Source of the DNA: Halarcobacter sp.
GTDB lineage: Bacteria > Campylobacterota > Campylobacteria > Campylobacterales > Arcobacteraceae
DNA length: 64,000 nucleotides
Assembly: GCA_963676565.1 (NCBI GenBank)
Contig: OY781089.1
Location: 2,528,001 to 2,592,000, forward strand
Reading direction: 5' to 3'
The position numbers and the translations under genes were made by a program. A model generated the notes under the pieces. That model was not told the origin of the DNA and did not search any database. It was given only the letters and a program-made list of their open reading frames with translations. Positions 47,063 through 56,735 of the stretch are shown one piece after another. Position 1 is the first letter of the stretch. Every line of letters begins with the position of its first letter.

Positions 47063-47173
47063 GAGCAACTCGTTGCTCACTTTAGAATTTGCTTCTTTAA
47101 AAAGAGTTTATCTCTTTTGCTAAAAGAAGTGTAATATTTAGGTCCCTTTAAAAATAGGGATTATTTTTAAAGG
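47063..47173 (+). promoter_or_regulatory. Structured leader or repeat element upstream of sfsA (three hairpins)
   Basis: Inverted repeats at 47063-47078, 47092-47129 and 47145-47173; the last covers the SD. Confidence 0.55.
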
Positions 47174-47179
47174 AAATTT

Positions 47180-47878
47180 ATGCAATTTGAAAAACTTATA
47201 CATGGAAAACTAATAAAAAGATATAAAAGATTTTTAGCAGATATTATACTTGATGATGGAAGTGAAATAACTGCCCATGTTCCAAATAGTGGTGCAATGA
47301 CAAGTTGTATTGAAGAAAATTGTGATGTTTGGGTTACACACCATGATAATCCAAAAAGAAAACTAAAATATACCCTTGAACTTACTCGTATGGGTGATAA
47401 CTTAATCTGTACAAATACAGGTGTTGCAAATAAAATTGCAATCGAAGCAATTGAAAATGGCGTAATAACTGAATTACAAGATTATGATAATCTAAAACCA
47501 GAACAAAAATATGGAAATCAAAACAGTAGAATTGATATTTTATTGTGGAATAACAATAGTGATAAAAAATGTTTTGTTGAGATTAAAAGTGTAAGTTTAA
47601 ACCTTGGTGATACCTTAGCATTTCCAGATGCCAAGACAACTAGAGGTCAAAAACATTTAGAAGAGTTAAGAGATATGGTGCAAGAAGGTCATAGAGCAGT
47701 AATGCTTTATATAATCCAAAGAACAGATAATCTTCCTTTTAGAATAGCACATGAAATTGATAAAAAATATAATGAGATTTTTGAAGAGGTAATAAAACAA
47801 GGTGTGGAAGTTTTAGTTTATCAATCTGATATAAATCATGAAGAGATAAATGTAGTAAAAAAAGTAGAATTTAAGTAA
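47180..47878 (+). CDS. sfsA: DNA/RNA nuclease SfsA
   Basis: RYKRFLAD, HVPNSG, SRID, VEIKSV and FPDAKTTRGQKHL motifs. Confidence 0.95.
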   Translation: MQFEKLIHGKLIKRYKRFLADIILDDGSEITAHVPNSGAMTSCIEENCDVWVTHHDNPKRKLKYTLELTRMGDNLICTNTGVANKIAIEAIENGVITELQDYDNLKPEQKYGNQNSRIDILLWNNNSDKKCFVEIKSVSLNLGDTLAFPDAKTTRGQKHLEELRDMVQEGHRAVMLYIIQRTDNLPFRIAHEIDKKYNEIFEEVIKQGVEVLVYQSDINHEEINVVKKVEFK

Positions 47879-47879
47879 A

Positions 47880-48167
47880 TTAACTTAACTCTACTCCACA
47901 ACTTTGGCACTCTTTTCTAAACCAACCTCGTCCAGGAAATTTACCACAACTTGGACACTTCCATAAAAAAATTGTGAACCCCATATATATTACAAATCCA
48001 GCTATTCCTGCTCTAAACCAAAAATCTTGATTTTGACCAAATATCTGTTCAATATCTTTTATAGCAATTACTATACTAGGTGTTAAAAGGATAAAAAATA
48101 TTCCCGCTGCAATTTTTGCATTTAATATCACTTTAGCAAATTCCTTTTTCACATCTTGATTTCTCAT
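47880..48167 (-). CDS. Small two-TM protein with a C-terminal zinc ribbon
   Basis: Likely ATG 48167 after AAGGA; WKCPSCGK...CQSCG. Confidence 0.65.
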   Translation of the reverse strand: MRNQDVKKEFAKVILNAKIAAGIFFILLTPSIVIAIKDIEQIFGQNQDFWFRAGIAGFVIYMGFTIFLWKCPSCGKFPGRGWFRKECQSCGVELS

Positions 48168-48325
48168 TTTTGTCCTTAATAAAAATATTGAAAATAGTAT
48201 CAAGGAAAAGTAGCAATAACAAAACAAATGATATCAAAGTATAAGATTTTCTTAATATTTTTTATTAAAACTTGCTTAAGTTTCATAAGGTACAATTATA
48301 AAAAAATTATAAAGGTAAGTTATAC

Positions 48326-48526
48326 ATGAATAAATTTGACAAATTTAGAAATTTTTGTAGAAAGTTCAGAATTATTGTGGGAATAGTTTTAATTGGAATT
48401 GGTTTTTTTACAGGAATTGTATGGTTCTATTTAGGTATTATTCCATTAATTGCTGGAATTGTAGACTTCTGTCCAACATGTCTTATTTCAAAAAAATGTA
48501 CTCCTAAAAATTTACAGCAAAATTAA
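48326..48526 (+). CDS. DUF2892 (YgaP-like) membrane protein
   Basis: RIIVG...LGIIPLIAGIVDFCP. Confidence 0.75.
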   Translation: MNKFDKFRNFCRKFRIIVGIVLIGIGFFTGIVWFYLGIIPLIAGIVDFCPTCLISKKCTPKNLQQN

Positions 48527-48550
48527 TCTCAAGCTTAATTGCTTGAGATT
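48525..48550. terminator. Hairpin between convergent genes
   Basis: AATCTCAAGC-TTAATT-GCTTGAGATT. Confidence 0.6.
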
Positions 48551-49623
48551 TTATAAATATTGCCACTATCAGTTGAAATAAAAAGTTCACCATTTTTTGA
48601 CTCAACTATATTTCTAATTCTTTCACCTAATTTTTCCAAAAAGCGCTCTTCTTTAACTAATGATAAATCTTTACTAACTTCAACTTTATTTAGATGCCTT
48701 AATTTTAATGCAGTAGATAATATATCCCCTTTTAAAGATTTAAATAATTTTCCACTGTAAACAATAAGTGAACTTGGAGCAATTGATGGAATATAGACTT
48801 TTTTAGGTTGTTCCATACCTTTTTTATGTGTTCCTTCTCCAACAGCTAATGGAGCCCAATACTCTTTCCCATATGAGATAACTGGCCACCCATAATTTTT
48901 TCCTTTTTCAATTAAATTGATTTCATCACCACCTCTTGGCCCATGTTCAATACTCCATAAACGTTGAGTTTTTTTATCATAAAAAATCCCCTGAGGGTTT
49001 CTATGACCATAACTATAAATCTCTGGAAGTTTTCCTCTTTTTTTAACAAATGGATTATCACTAGGTACAGTCCCATCTAAATTTAGCCTAATAATACTAC
49101 CTGCATGATTAGCTAAATCTTGTGCATTTTCTCTAATACCTCTATCTCCTATAGAAAAAAACAAATGACCATTTTCATCAAAGGTGATTCTACTACCAAA
49201 ATGTACATTCTTATCTGTAGCAGATTTACTAATAAATAAATCTTTAAAATCTATAAGTTTTTTTCCATCAAATTTGGCACTTGCTAATGTTGTAACACCC
49301 TGATTATTTATAGATTTTGAATAGGTAAAATAAAAAGTTTTATCAGTCTTGAAATTTGGTGATTTTTTAACATCTAATAAACCACCTTGACCACGATTGT
49401 GAACATTGATTTTATCTATTAATGGTTTTAATTTTAAAGTGTTTAAATCTAAAAGCATTACTTCACCTGATTTTGTCGTAAGAATCATCTTTTCATCATC
49501 TATAAAATCTATTCCCCAAATTATTCCAAGATTTGTTTCTATTTTATTTATTTTAAATTTGTCATTGGCAAATAAATTTATAGATAAAAAAAGAGCTAAA
49601 ATAGTTTTTAATAGTAACTTCAT
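48535..49623 (-). CDS. PQQ-dependent sugar dehydrogenase (YliI/GdhB family)
   Basis: Signal peptide; GQGGLLD, HFGSR, YGHRNPQG and EHGPRGGDEIN motifs. Confidence 0.9.
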   Translation of the reverse strand: MKLLLKTILALFLSINLFANDKFKINKIETNLGIIWGIDFIDDEKMILTTKSGEVMLLDLNTLKLKPLIDKINVHNRGQGGLLDVKKSPNFKTDKTFYFTYSKSINNQGVTTLASAKFDGKKLIDFKDLFISKSATDKNVHFGSRITFDENGHLFFSIGDRGIRENAQDLANHAGSIIRLNLDGTVPSDNPFVKKRGKLPEIYSYGHRNPQGIFYDKKTQRLWSIEHGPRGGDEINLIEKGKNYGWPVISYGKEYWAPLAVGEGTHKKGMEQPKKVYIPSIAPSSLIVYSGKLFKSLKGDILSTALKLRHLNKVEVSKDLSLVKEERFLEKLGERIRNIVESKNGELFISTDSGNIYKISSN

Positions 49624-49724
49624 AATAAACTCCTTTATTTACAATAATTAATTTTATGATTAAAAAGTTAAATAAGTATTAAGTGAAAAAAAGTAAATTC
49701 AAAACTTCAAAAAAGGTAGCTTCT

Positions 49725-50429
49725 TTAAAAGCTACTCTCTTTTATCCATGATTTTATTAAATCAGATAATAATTTAGGAGTTTCTAAAGGAAGCATATGT
49801 GATGTACCCTCCCTTGATATTACTTCAATATTTGTATGTTCTTTTTTTATTTTTTTAAGGGATTTATGATTAATAAGTCTGTCATTTAATGAATAAAAAA
49901 ACTTTATTGGGATTTTTAAAGCAGTTAACTCTTCATAGATATCATTTCTTTTAAATGTACTTTCCATTTGTACATTATAAACATCTTTTCCCATAGAAGA
50001 GAACATATCTTGAACTAGAGAAATCAATTTTTCATCATTTTTATTTGATTCTTCTAATAAAGATTGTGTTTTTTTGTAAGATAAACCCTTAAAACCTAAA
50101 TTGTTCATTTGTTGTAAGGTAAGTTTCCTTTTCTCAATTTCATCTTGATTCATTGAACTTGGAGTCCCAGCAACAAGCATAAGCTTTTTTACTCTATTTG
50201 GAAATCTTGTGGCAAAATAACATGCTGTATAACCACCTAAAGAGAAACCCAAAAGATTAATCTTTTCATCTTCTATTTGTTTATTTAACTGTTCTACTGA
50301 CTCATCAAAATCAGAAGTATGGGGTAAAGGCAAATGTATTAATTCATAATCAGTTAATAAAGGTCTTAGTTTACTCCATAATCTTTCATCAGTCATTAGA
50401 CCAGGAAGTAAATATATTTTTTCTTTCAT
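49725..50429 (-). CDS. Alpha/beta hydrolase
   Basis: GFSLGG nucleophile elbow, D, SHMLPLE. Confidence 0.85.
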   Translation of the reverse strand: MKEKIYLLPGLMTDERLWSKLRPLLTDYELIHLPLPHTSDFDESVEQLNKQIEDEKINLLGFSLGGYTACYFATRFPNRVKKLMLVAGTPSSMNQDEIEKRKLTLQQMNNLGFKGLSYKKTQSLLEESNKNDEKLISLVQDMFSSMGKDVYNVQMESTFKRNDIYEELTALKIPIKFFYSLNDRLINHKSLKKIKKEHTNIEVISREGTSHMLPLETPKLLSDLIKSWIKESSF

Positions 50430-50491
50430 TTTCTATCCAGTATATAATATTTTTTGTTTTAGTTTGTATCAAAATTTTTATTAAAACTTTA

Positions 50492-51232
50492 CTAACAAGT
50501 GATGTTATATTTTTCAACTAATGTTGAAATCTCTTTTCCTAGAAAGTTTAATTTTTCCATAGTAAGTCTTTCTTTACTGCCAGATATTCCAACTGATCCA
50601 ATTAATATATTTTCATGATTAAATAAAGGAACTGCAGTACAACACATGTTATCTTGGGATTCACTATAATCAATTGAATATCCATTTTTTTGAACATCTT
50701 CTAATGTGTCATTTAACTCATTTAAGTTTTTTATTGTGTTGTGTGTATATTGATTTAATTTCAAATTTTCTAAACTGTAGTTACCAAAGGCAAGTATTGA
50801 TTTACCCAAAGCACTAGTATGTAAAGGTGTTTGAAGTCCTATATTATTTCTAGTTTTAAGCTTTCTCGAACTATTATCAACTTGATTTAGATATAAAACT
50901 TTATTGTTATCAAAAATACCTAAATAAGCACACTCATTTGTTAGTTTTGATATATCTTCAAGAAGTGGTTTAGTTTTTTGAACAAGAAGTTGAATCTTTG
51001 TTTTTTTATTTTGTTCATTCTCTAAACTTTTGGGGATAATCTCATTTGACTCATCTAAATATTCAATATAATTTTCACTATTCAAAGTCTGTAAGATTCT
51101 TGACATAGTACTTTTATTTATATTCATTTTACTACAAAGTGTAGAAGCTTGAATAGGTTTTCCATAATTTACAATCTCTTTATAAACTTGTAAACCCTTA
51201 GAAAGAGATTTTAAAGAATCTGACATTTTCAC
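50492..51232 (-). CDS. IclR-family transcriptional regulator
   Basis: N-terminal HTH (KSTMSRILQTL); PLHTSALGK and AVP motifs. Confidence 0.9.
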   Translation of the reverse strand: MKMSDSLKSLSKGLQVYKEIVNYGKPIQASTLCSKMNINKSTMSRILQTLNSENYIEYLDESNEIIPKSLENEQNKKTKIQLLVQKTKPLLEDISKLTNECAYLGIFDNNKVLYLNQVDNSSRKLKTRNNIGLQTPLHTSALGKSILAFGNYSLENLKLNQYTHNTIKNLNELNDTLEDVQKNGYSIDYSESQDNMCCTAVPLFNHENILIGSVGISGSKERLTMEKLNFLGKEISTLVEKYNITC

Positions 51233-51237
51233 CCTTT

Positions 51238-51267
51238 ATGCAAAACTAATAAAAATTAGTTTTGCAT
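51238..51267. terminator. 13-bp inverted repeat between the pfpI-like and iclR genes
   Basis: ATGCAAAACTAAT-AAAA-ATTAGTTTTGCAT; it ends 5 nt from the iclR start and may cover its SD region. Confidence 0.5.
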
Positions 51268-51272
51268 ATTTT

Positions 51273-51833
51273 CTATAAAAGTTCGTTAAATTTTGCTAAC
51301 CAAGCTGGATGAGCAGGCCAAGCTGCTGCTGTAACTAAATGTCCATCAACATAAGCATCTTCAAATCCAACATCAATCCATGTTCCACCATTTGTATTAA
51401 TATCAGGCGCACACGCTGGATATGCTGAACAAGTTTTATCTTTTACAACACCTGCTGCAACTAAAACTTGTGCCCCATGGCAAACAGAAGCAATAGGTTT
51501 TTTCTCATCATCAAAATATTTTACAATTTCGATAACTCTTCCATTAAGTCTAATATACTCTGGTGCCCTACCCCCTGGAATCAATAAAGCATCATATTTT
51601 GTTTCATCAATTTCATCAAAAGAAGCATTTAATGTAAAATTGTGTCCTGGCTTTTCAGTATATGTCTGATCACCTTCAAAATCATGAATTGCAGTTTTTA
51701 TTTGTTCCCCTGCTTTTTTATCTGGACAAACAACATCTACATCATGACCTAACATTTTCAAACATTGAAAAGGCACCATCAATTCATAATCTTCAACAAA
51801 GTCACCAGCAATAATCAATATCTTTTTTGACAT
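51273..51833 (-). CDS. DJ-1/PfpI family protein
   Basis: [12 protein letters not shown] and VCHG motifs. Confidence 0.92.
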   Translation of the reverse strand: MSKKILIIAGDFVEDYELMVPFQCLKMLGHDVDVVCPDKKAGEQIKTAIHDFEGDQTYTEKPGHNFTLNASFDEIDETKYDALLIPGGRAPEYIRLNGRVIEIVKYFDDEKKPIASVCHGAQVLVAAGVVKDKTCSAYPACAPDINTNGGTWIDVGFEDAYVDGHLVTAAAWPAHPAWLAKFNELL

Positions 51834-51932
51834 CTCACTCTCCTATAATTAGATTTAGTTAATCTTATAGAAAGTGAATTTAATATTAAACTTAGTGGAA
51901 AGATTAGTTTAAAGTAGTTTCAGCATGTGAAA

Positions 51933-52700
51933 CTATACTAAAGATTGTAGATACTCATATGCTGTAATCCCATATGCCCTGTTAAAATGGGAAAGGTCAG
52001 AAAAACCATATTCTACTATAGTTGCATATAAGTCTTTAGTTTGCTCCAAATATTTTTTTGCATGGATAAGTTTACAATTTAAAAAAAACTGATAAGGAGT
52101 AATTCCTGTATTGGCTTTAAACATCCTGATAAATTGAAATTTACTTAAACTCAACTTTGCAGAAATTTCATCTATATTTAAAACATCATCAAGTTCATAA
52201 TATATCATCTCTTTTGCTTTTTTTATAAAAAGATTTTCTTTTTTGTAATCAATTATAAAATCTTTAGAAGAAAAGTTATCAGCAACATTTAATAAAAGTT
52301 CATTGCACAAAGATATATCTTTTTTGTTTAAAATTGCATATGAAAGATTTAAAATATCTTGTTTTAATTTTTGATTATAAATAATAGGAGTGGCAAACTT
52401 TTCTATATGTTTTTTACCCAAAGCTTCTGTAAAAAGTTCAGGTTTAATATATAACATCACATAATCTAAAGATTCGTCTTTAGTTCCTGCTTGTCCATCA
52501 TGTAATTGTTCTGGACTAAAAAGCATAACTCCATTTTTATACGACTTAAGATTTGTTCCTTCCAAGTTATATTTTTGAATACCATTTAGAGTAACCCCTA
52601 AACAATACTCCTCATGGGCATGCTTTTTATATGAAAAGGTATGCATCTTTGCTGATAAAGCTGTTATATCAATCCTATTTTTATATATAAACTTTTCCAT
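51933..52700 (-). CDS. AraC-family transcriptional regulator
   Basis: Cupin HAHEEY and LHDG; FIRMFK-x3-GITP; GFSDLSHFNR. Confidence 0.9.
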   Translation of the reverse strand: MEKFIYKNRIDITALSAKMHTFSYKKHAHEEYCLGVTLNGIQKYNLEGTNLKSYKNGVMLFSPEQLHDGQAGTKDESLDYVMLYIKPELFTEALGKKHIEKFATPIIYNQKLKQDILNLSYAILNKKDISLCNELLLNVADNFSSKDFIIDYKKENLFIKKAKEMIYYELDDVLNIDEISAKLSLSKFQFIRMFKANTGITPYQFFLNCKLIHAKKYLEQTKDLYATIVEYGFSDLSHFNRAYGITAYEYLQSLV

Positions 52701-52717
52701 AAAATCTTTTTAAAATA

Positions 52718-53083
52718 CTAAACCAAATATTTAGCGTCGTTTGTTAGTTCACACTCTTCATCACCAGTATTAACAACACCTTCAGGCTCAATAACCATTA
52801 TATTACACTCAGTTTGGGCAAAAGGTTTATGTTCTACTCCTTTTGGAACTACAAACATTTCACCTCTGTTTAAAGTTACACTTCCATCTCTAAACTCAAT
52901 AGTTAATGTTCCATCCATAACAATAAATACCTCATCAGTATCTTTATGACTATGCCAAATAAATTCACCTTGAACTTTTACAACTTTAAACTGGTAATTA
53001 TTCATTTGTGCAATAATTTTTGGAGACCAATGTTCATTGAATTTTGTAAATTTTTCATTTATATTAATAGCTTTATATTCCAT
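52718..53083 (-). CDS. Cupin domain protein
   Basis: [13 protein letters not shown] and VPKGVEHKP motifs. Confidence 0.9.
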   Translation of the reverse strand: MEYKAININEKFTKFNEHWSPKIIAQMNNYQFKVVKVQGEFIWHSHKDTDEVFIVMDGTLTIEFRDGSVTLNRGEMFVVPKGVEHKPFAQTECNIMVIEPEGVVNTGDEECELTNDAKYLV

Positions 53084-53162
53084 TTTTAACCTTTCAATAA
53101 AATTTTAAAACTATTATAACAATAAATTTTTTACTGACATAGAACATTATTGCATTATAATA

Positions 53163-54311
53163 TTAATTAATTTTTCCGTTTATCTCTTCTAGCCTTCTTT
53201 TATACGCCTTAGCTGCAACTGCATAACCACCATTTGTAGTATCAACAAAATGGATATGTTTCCCATGTCTTTCAAAAATTAAACATGTCATAAGTGCATG
53301 TTTTGACTTATTTATTCCATAAATAAGTTTTTTATTTTGGTACTCTTTTTCCAAATACTCTTCAAGTTCTTTCATCTGTTTATTACTAATAGAGAAAACC
53401 ATTCTAACTATGTTGTCAAACTTCTCAATATCTGTGGTTGAGATGATTCTTTTTTTATATTTTTCCCATTCACCAATTTTAAACTTCATCAATAAAAACC
53501 CTAAAAGGTTTATAAATCTTAGTTTAAATAAAGTGACCATTTTACCTAGTAATGATTTTGATAAAAAAGAGGCTTCTACATTTAAGTCTTTAGCATTAAA
53601 ACTAAGTAATAGTTTTTTCTCATTGATTGGATGTCTTGAACTAATATCACCAACAATTTTTTCAATATTTTCTAAGACATCTTTATAATCTTTTTCATCA
53701 AGACATTTTAAGATAAATGACAAGGTTTCATCTTTAGATGATTCAATAAAAGACCATCTACACTCCAAACCTTCTAAATCTAACTCATAAAACTCATCTT
53801 TTTTATCTTTTATATGATATTTGTCATCAAGTTTTAAAAGATAATCAAAATAATCTAATCCCTCCCCTTTTATCAAAGCTTGTTCATGATTTTGTGTAGT
53901 TTTATATTTAGCTATTAAAATCTCTTTTTCAAAACTTGCAAGTTTTTCTAAAGAGATAGATCCTACTCTAAGTTCTAGACCATAAGCATCTTTTGCCATT
54001 TCTCTAACTGCAACTAATGCACGCCTTGCACTTTTATAAACACGTCTTGGAACTAAAATAAAAGCGCCATCACCACCAAAAATAAAAGGAAGTTCTAAAC
54101 TTCTATCAATATTTAAAACAGAGATAATACTCATAGCTCCTAGCATATTGATCTCTTTATATTTTCCTTTTTCTATATTTTTTGTAGAATCTTTGACATC
54201 TGTTGCTAAAAGATGCCAATCATTTGGTATTTTTGTATAAATATCAGGGTTCGATAATTCTGTAAAATCACTTACAGGCTTAAGATTTTTATAAAAATAA
54301 TAAGTTGCCAT
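53163..54311 (-). CDS. DUF3095 family protein
   Basis: GKYKEIN, PFIFGGDGA, GLECRW and HIHFVD-x3-GGYA motifs. Confidence 0.8.
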   Translation of the reverse strand: MATYYFYKNLKPVSDFTELSNPDIYTKIPNDWHLLATDVKDSTKNIEKGKYKEINMLGAMSIISVLNIDRSLELPFIFGGDGAFILVPRRVYKSARRALVAVREMAKDAYGLELRVGSISLEKLASFEKEILIAKYKTTQNHEQALIKGEGLDYFDYLLKLDDKYHIKDKKDEFYELDLEGLECRWSFIESSKDETLSFILKCLDEKDYKDVLENIEKIVGDISSRHPINEKKLLLSFNAKDLNVEASFLSKSLLGKMVTLFKLRFINLLGFLLMKFKIGEWEKYKKRIISTTDIEKFDNIVRMVFSISNKQMKELEEYLEKEYQNKKLIYGINKSKHALMTCLIFERHGKHIHFVDTTNGGYAVAAKAYKRRLEEINGKIN

Positions 54312-54322
54312 TTAACTCTTTT

Positions 54323-54763
54323 TTAATTTATTGGTTCTGGTGTATTAATCATCCAGATAGAAAAAATATCAACATAATCCCAAAACGATTTTTTTTCCTC
54401 TTCACTTAAATTTGTTTCTTCAATCGCTTTTGCAAACATCTCTAACCAAACTACCCTAGCACTTGGAGTGATTTTAAAAGGCATATGTCTTGCTACCATT
54501 CTTGGAGCACCTCTGCTTTCATTGAAATATTTTGGTCCTCCACAAATTTGAATGAAAAAATCAGCAGAGTGTTTTTTTGCCATAGCTAAAGCTTGTTCAT
54601 TTTCAGGGAAAAGATCTTTAATTTTACTTTCCGCTAGTAAATCATAGTGTCTACTTATTAAACTTCTCATACCTTCTTCTTTTAAAGTTGTTAATATTTT
54701 TGGATTTGGAAGGCTTACATTTGGTCTATTTCCCATTGAAGTCTCAGATATATTATATTCCAT
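54323..54763 (-). CDS. Truncated (2/2) globin, group II-like
   Basis: FFIQICGGPKYF, PRMVARHMPFKIT, WL and WMIN motifs; likely ATG 54763. Confidence 0.8.
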   Translation of the reverse strand: MEYNISETSMGNRPNVSLPNPKILTTLKEEGMRSLISRHYDLLAESKIKDLFPENEQALAMAKKHSADFFIQICGGPKYFNESRGAPRMVARHMPFKITPSARVVWLEMFAKAIEETNLSEEEKKSFWDYVDIFSIWMINTPEPIN

Positions 54764-54883
54764 TTTTTTCCTTTTTTGATTTGTGAAAATATACACTTTT
54801 AATAATTTATAAATTATATGAAAATAAGGTAAATTAAAAAATTAAACAAATTTTGATAAAATTTAAAAAAAATTGGAAATTAA

Positions 54884-55273
54884 ATGAATACAAAAAATCT
54901 TTTTATACTATCTTTTATTGGGATACTTACAACATACTATTTTATTCTTGGCATTGATAAATCAATTCAACTTATAAAAGATGAATATCTTTCAATAATA
55001 GCATTGATTGTAATTCTTATAAGTCTTTTATTTTTTAAATTAAAACTAAAAGGTCATCAAACTATAGATTTTGTTCAAAATAATCAATTCTCTTTAAAAT
55101 CTACAATCTTATTTTTTCTAGTATTTCAAGTTGTAGATTACTATTATGAAGATGGATTTATTGGAATGATTTCACAATGGTTTTTATATTGGATAATGGG
55201 ACTTATTGCAATAACATTAATGAAAACAATAAACTGCTATAGAAATTATAAATATCTGAAAAACAACCCATAG
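54884..55273 (+). CDS. Hypothetical membrane protein
   Basis: 129 aa, about 4 hydrophobic segments. Confidence 0.65.
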   Translation: MNTKNLFILSFIGILTTYYFILGIDKSIQLIKDEYLSIIALIVILISLLFFKLKLKGHQTIDFVQNNQFSLKSTILFFLVFQVVDYYYEDGFIGMISQWFLYWIMGLIAITLMKTINCYRNYKYLKNNP

Positions 55274-55363
55274 TATTAAATTTAACTTAATTTTTTTATT
55301 AGTACACACTTTTAAGCCACTTCATAATTATAAAATTATCTAAATGTATTTAAAGGATAATTA

Positions 55364-56605
55364 ATGAAACAAAAATCATTATTGAAAAATGTTGGTGTCC
55401 AAATCATTATAGCAATGATTTTAGGTACTATTGTAGGTATAGTAATGGGTAAAGATGCATCTGTTTTTGCACCCCTTGGAACAATATTTATTCACCTAAT
55501 CAAAATGCTTGTAATACCATTGATTGTAATCTCAATTATCTCTGGTGCTGCAAACTTAAGTGATAGCCCAAGTGCAGGAAAAGTTGGAATTGGTACAATT
55601 GCCTTTTTCTTAGGAACTTCTGCTTTTGCAGTTGCATTAGCATTAATAGCAGGTGAAGTTTTTAAACCAGGTGTTGGATTAGACTTAAGTAGTGTAAGCC
55701 ATATGTTTTCAGACCAATATGCTGACAAAGGGGCTCTTCCTGGTGCAATGGAAACACTTATTGGTATGATTCCAACTAATATTTTCCAATCACTTATGGA
55801 TGCAAACATCTTACAGATTTTAGTTTTTTGTTTATTCTTTGGTATTGCAATTTCTAAAATTCCAAAAGAAAAGAGTAGTCCACTAATCAATGGTTTAGAG
55901 GGTATGATTCAAGCTTTAATTTGGATGGTTACTGTTGTAATGATGTTAGCACCAATTGGTGTTTTTGGTCTTATGGCTGATTCAATTGGTACATATGGAT
56001 TTGATATGCTTGGCCTTGTAGCAAAACTTTTTATAGTTTATATGGGAGCTCTTTTAGTTTATGGATTTATTTTTTATCCACTTATTATAAAACTATTCTC
56101 GAAAACATCTGTAAAAGATTTTATTGGTGCTATGAAAAAACCTCAAGTAGTTGCTCTTTCAACTGCTTCATCTATGGCAACACTTCCTGTTACAATGAAA
56201 ACTTGTGAAGAGGATTTAAATGTTTCAAAATCTACTTCATCTTTTGTTTTACCACTTGGTGCAACAATTAATATGAGTGGAAATGCCATTTATTATGGAC
56301 TTGTGGCTATTTTCTTTGCACAGATGTATAATATTGATTTAGGACTAGCTGGATATGCTGCTATTATTTTCACAGCTACTATTGGTGCAATTGGACAAGC
56401 TGGTGTTCCAGGTCCTTCATTTTTAGTTGTTGCGGTATTACTTTCTGCTGGAATTCCTATTGAAGGCTTACCTTTATTATTTGCCCTTGATAGAATTTTT
56501 GATATGACTAGAACTGCTTTAAATATTACAGGTGATGCTGTTTGTGCAGTAGTTATTGATAATTTAAATGAAAAACAAGATAAACTTCAATCAGTTGAAG
56601 TTTAA
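55364..56605 (+). CDS. Dicarboxylate/amino acid:cation symporter (GltP/DAACS family)
   Basis: STASSMATLP, GATINMSG and DRIFDMTRTALN motifs. Confidence 0.92.
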   Translation: MKQKSLLKNVGVQIIIAMILGTIVGIVMGKDASVFAPLGTIFIHLIKMLVIPLIVISIISGAANLSDSPSAGKVGIGTIAFFLGTSAFAVALALIAGEVFKPGVGLDLSSVSHMFSDQYADKGALPGAMETLIGMIPTNIFQSLMDANILQILVFCLFFGIAISKIPKEKSSPLINGLEGMIQALIWMVTVVMMLAPIGVFGLMADSIGTYGFDMLGLVAKLFIVYMGALLVYGFIFYPLIIKLFSKTSVKDFIGAMKKPQVVALSTASSMATLPVTMKTCEEDLNVSKSTSSFVLPLGATINMSGNAIYYGLVAIFFAQMYNIDLGLAGYAAIIFTATIGAIGQAGVPGPSFLVVAVLLSAGIPIEGLPLLFALDRIFDMTRTALNITGDAVCAVVIDNLNEKQDKLQSVEV

Positions 56606-56607
56606 AT

Positions 56608-56634
56608 AAAAGAAGAGATTAAGTCTCTTCTTTT
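56608..56634 (+). terminator. Intrinsic terminator
   Basis: AAAAGAAGAGA-TTAAG-TCTCTTCTTTT directly after the stop. Confidence 0.8.
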
Positions 56635-56735
56635 AAAATCTATTAATAATATTATTGTAATCTAAAAGTAAAATGTAAACTTTAATTAAATCTACTTAAT
56701 GTATACTCATTAAGAATATATTTTAGGTATTTTAA

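Noticed and set aside
37976..47250. NifA upstream activator sequences (TGT-N10-ACA) near the four sigma54 motifs
   Set aside because: None found by eye within roughly 150-200 bp upstream of each motif, so NifA control itself is not supported by the sequence
48198..48226. Possible fifth sigma54 motif upstream of the zinc-ribbon membrane gene
   Set aside because: It reads TG-N10-GC rather than GG-N10-GC
8423..48550. Recurrent GCTTAA-centred palindromes (8423, 18513, 48525) as a repeat family
   Set aside because: The stems are unrelated and each sits at a gene end; ordinary terminator hairpins
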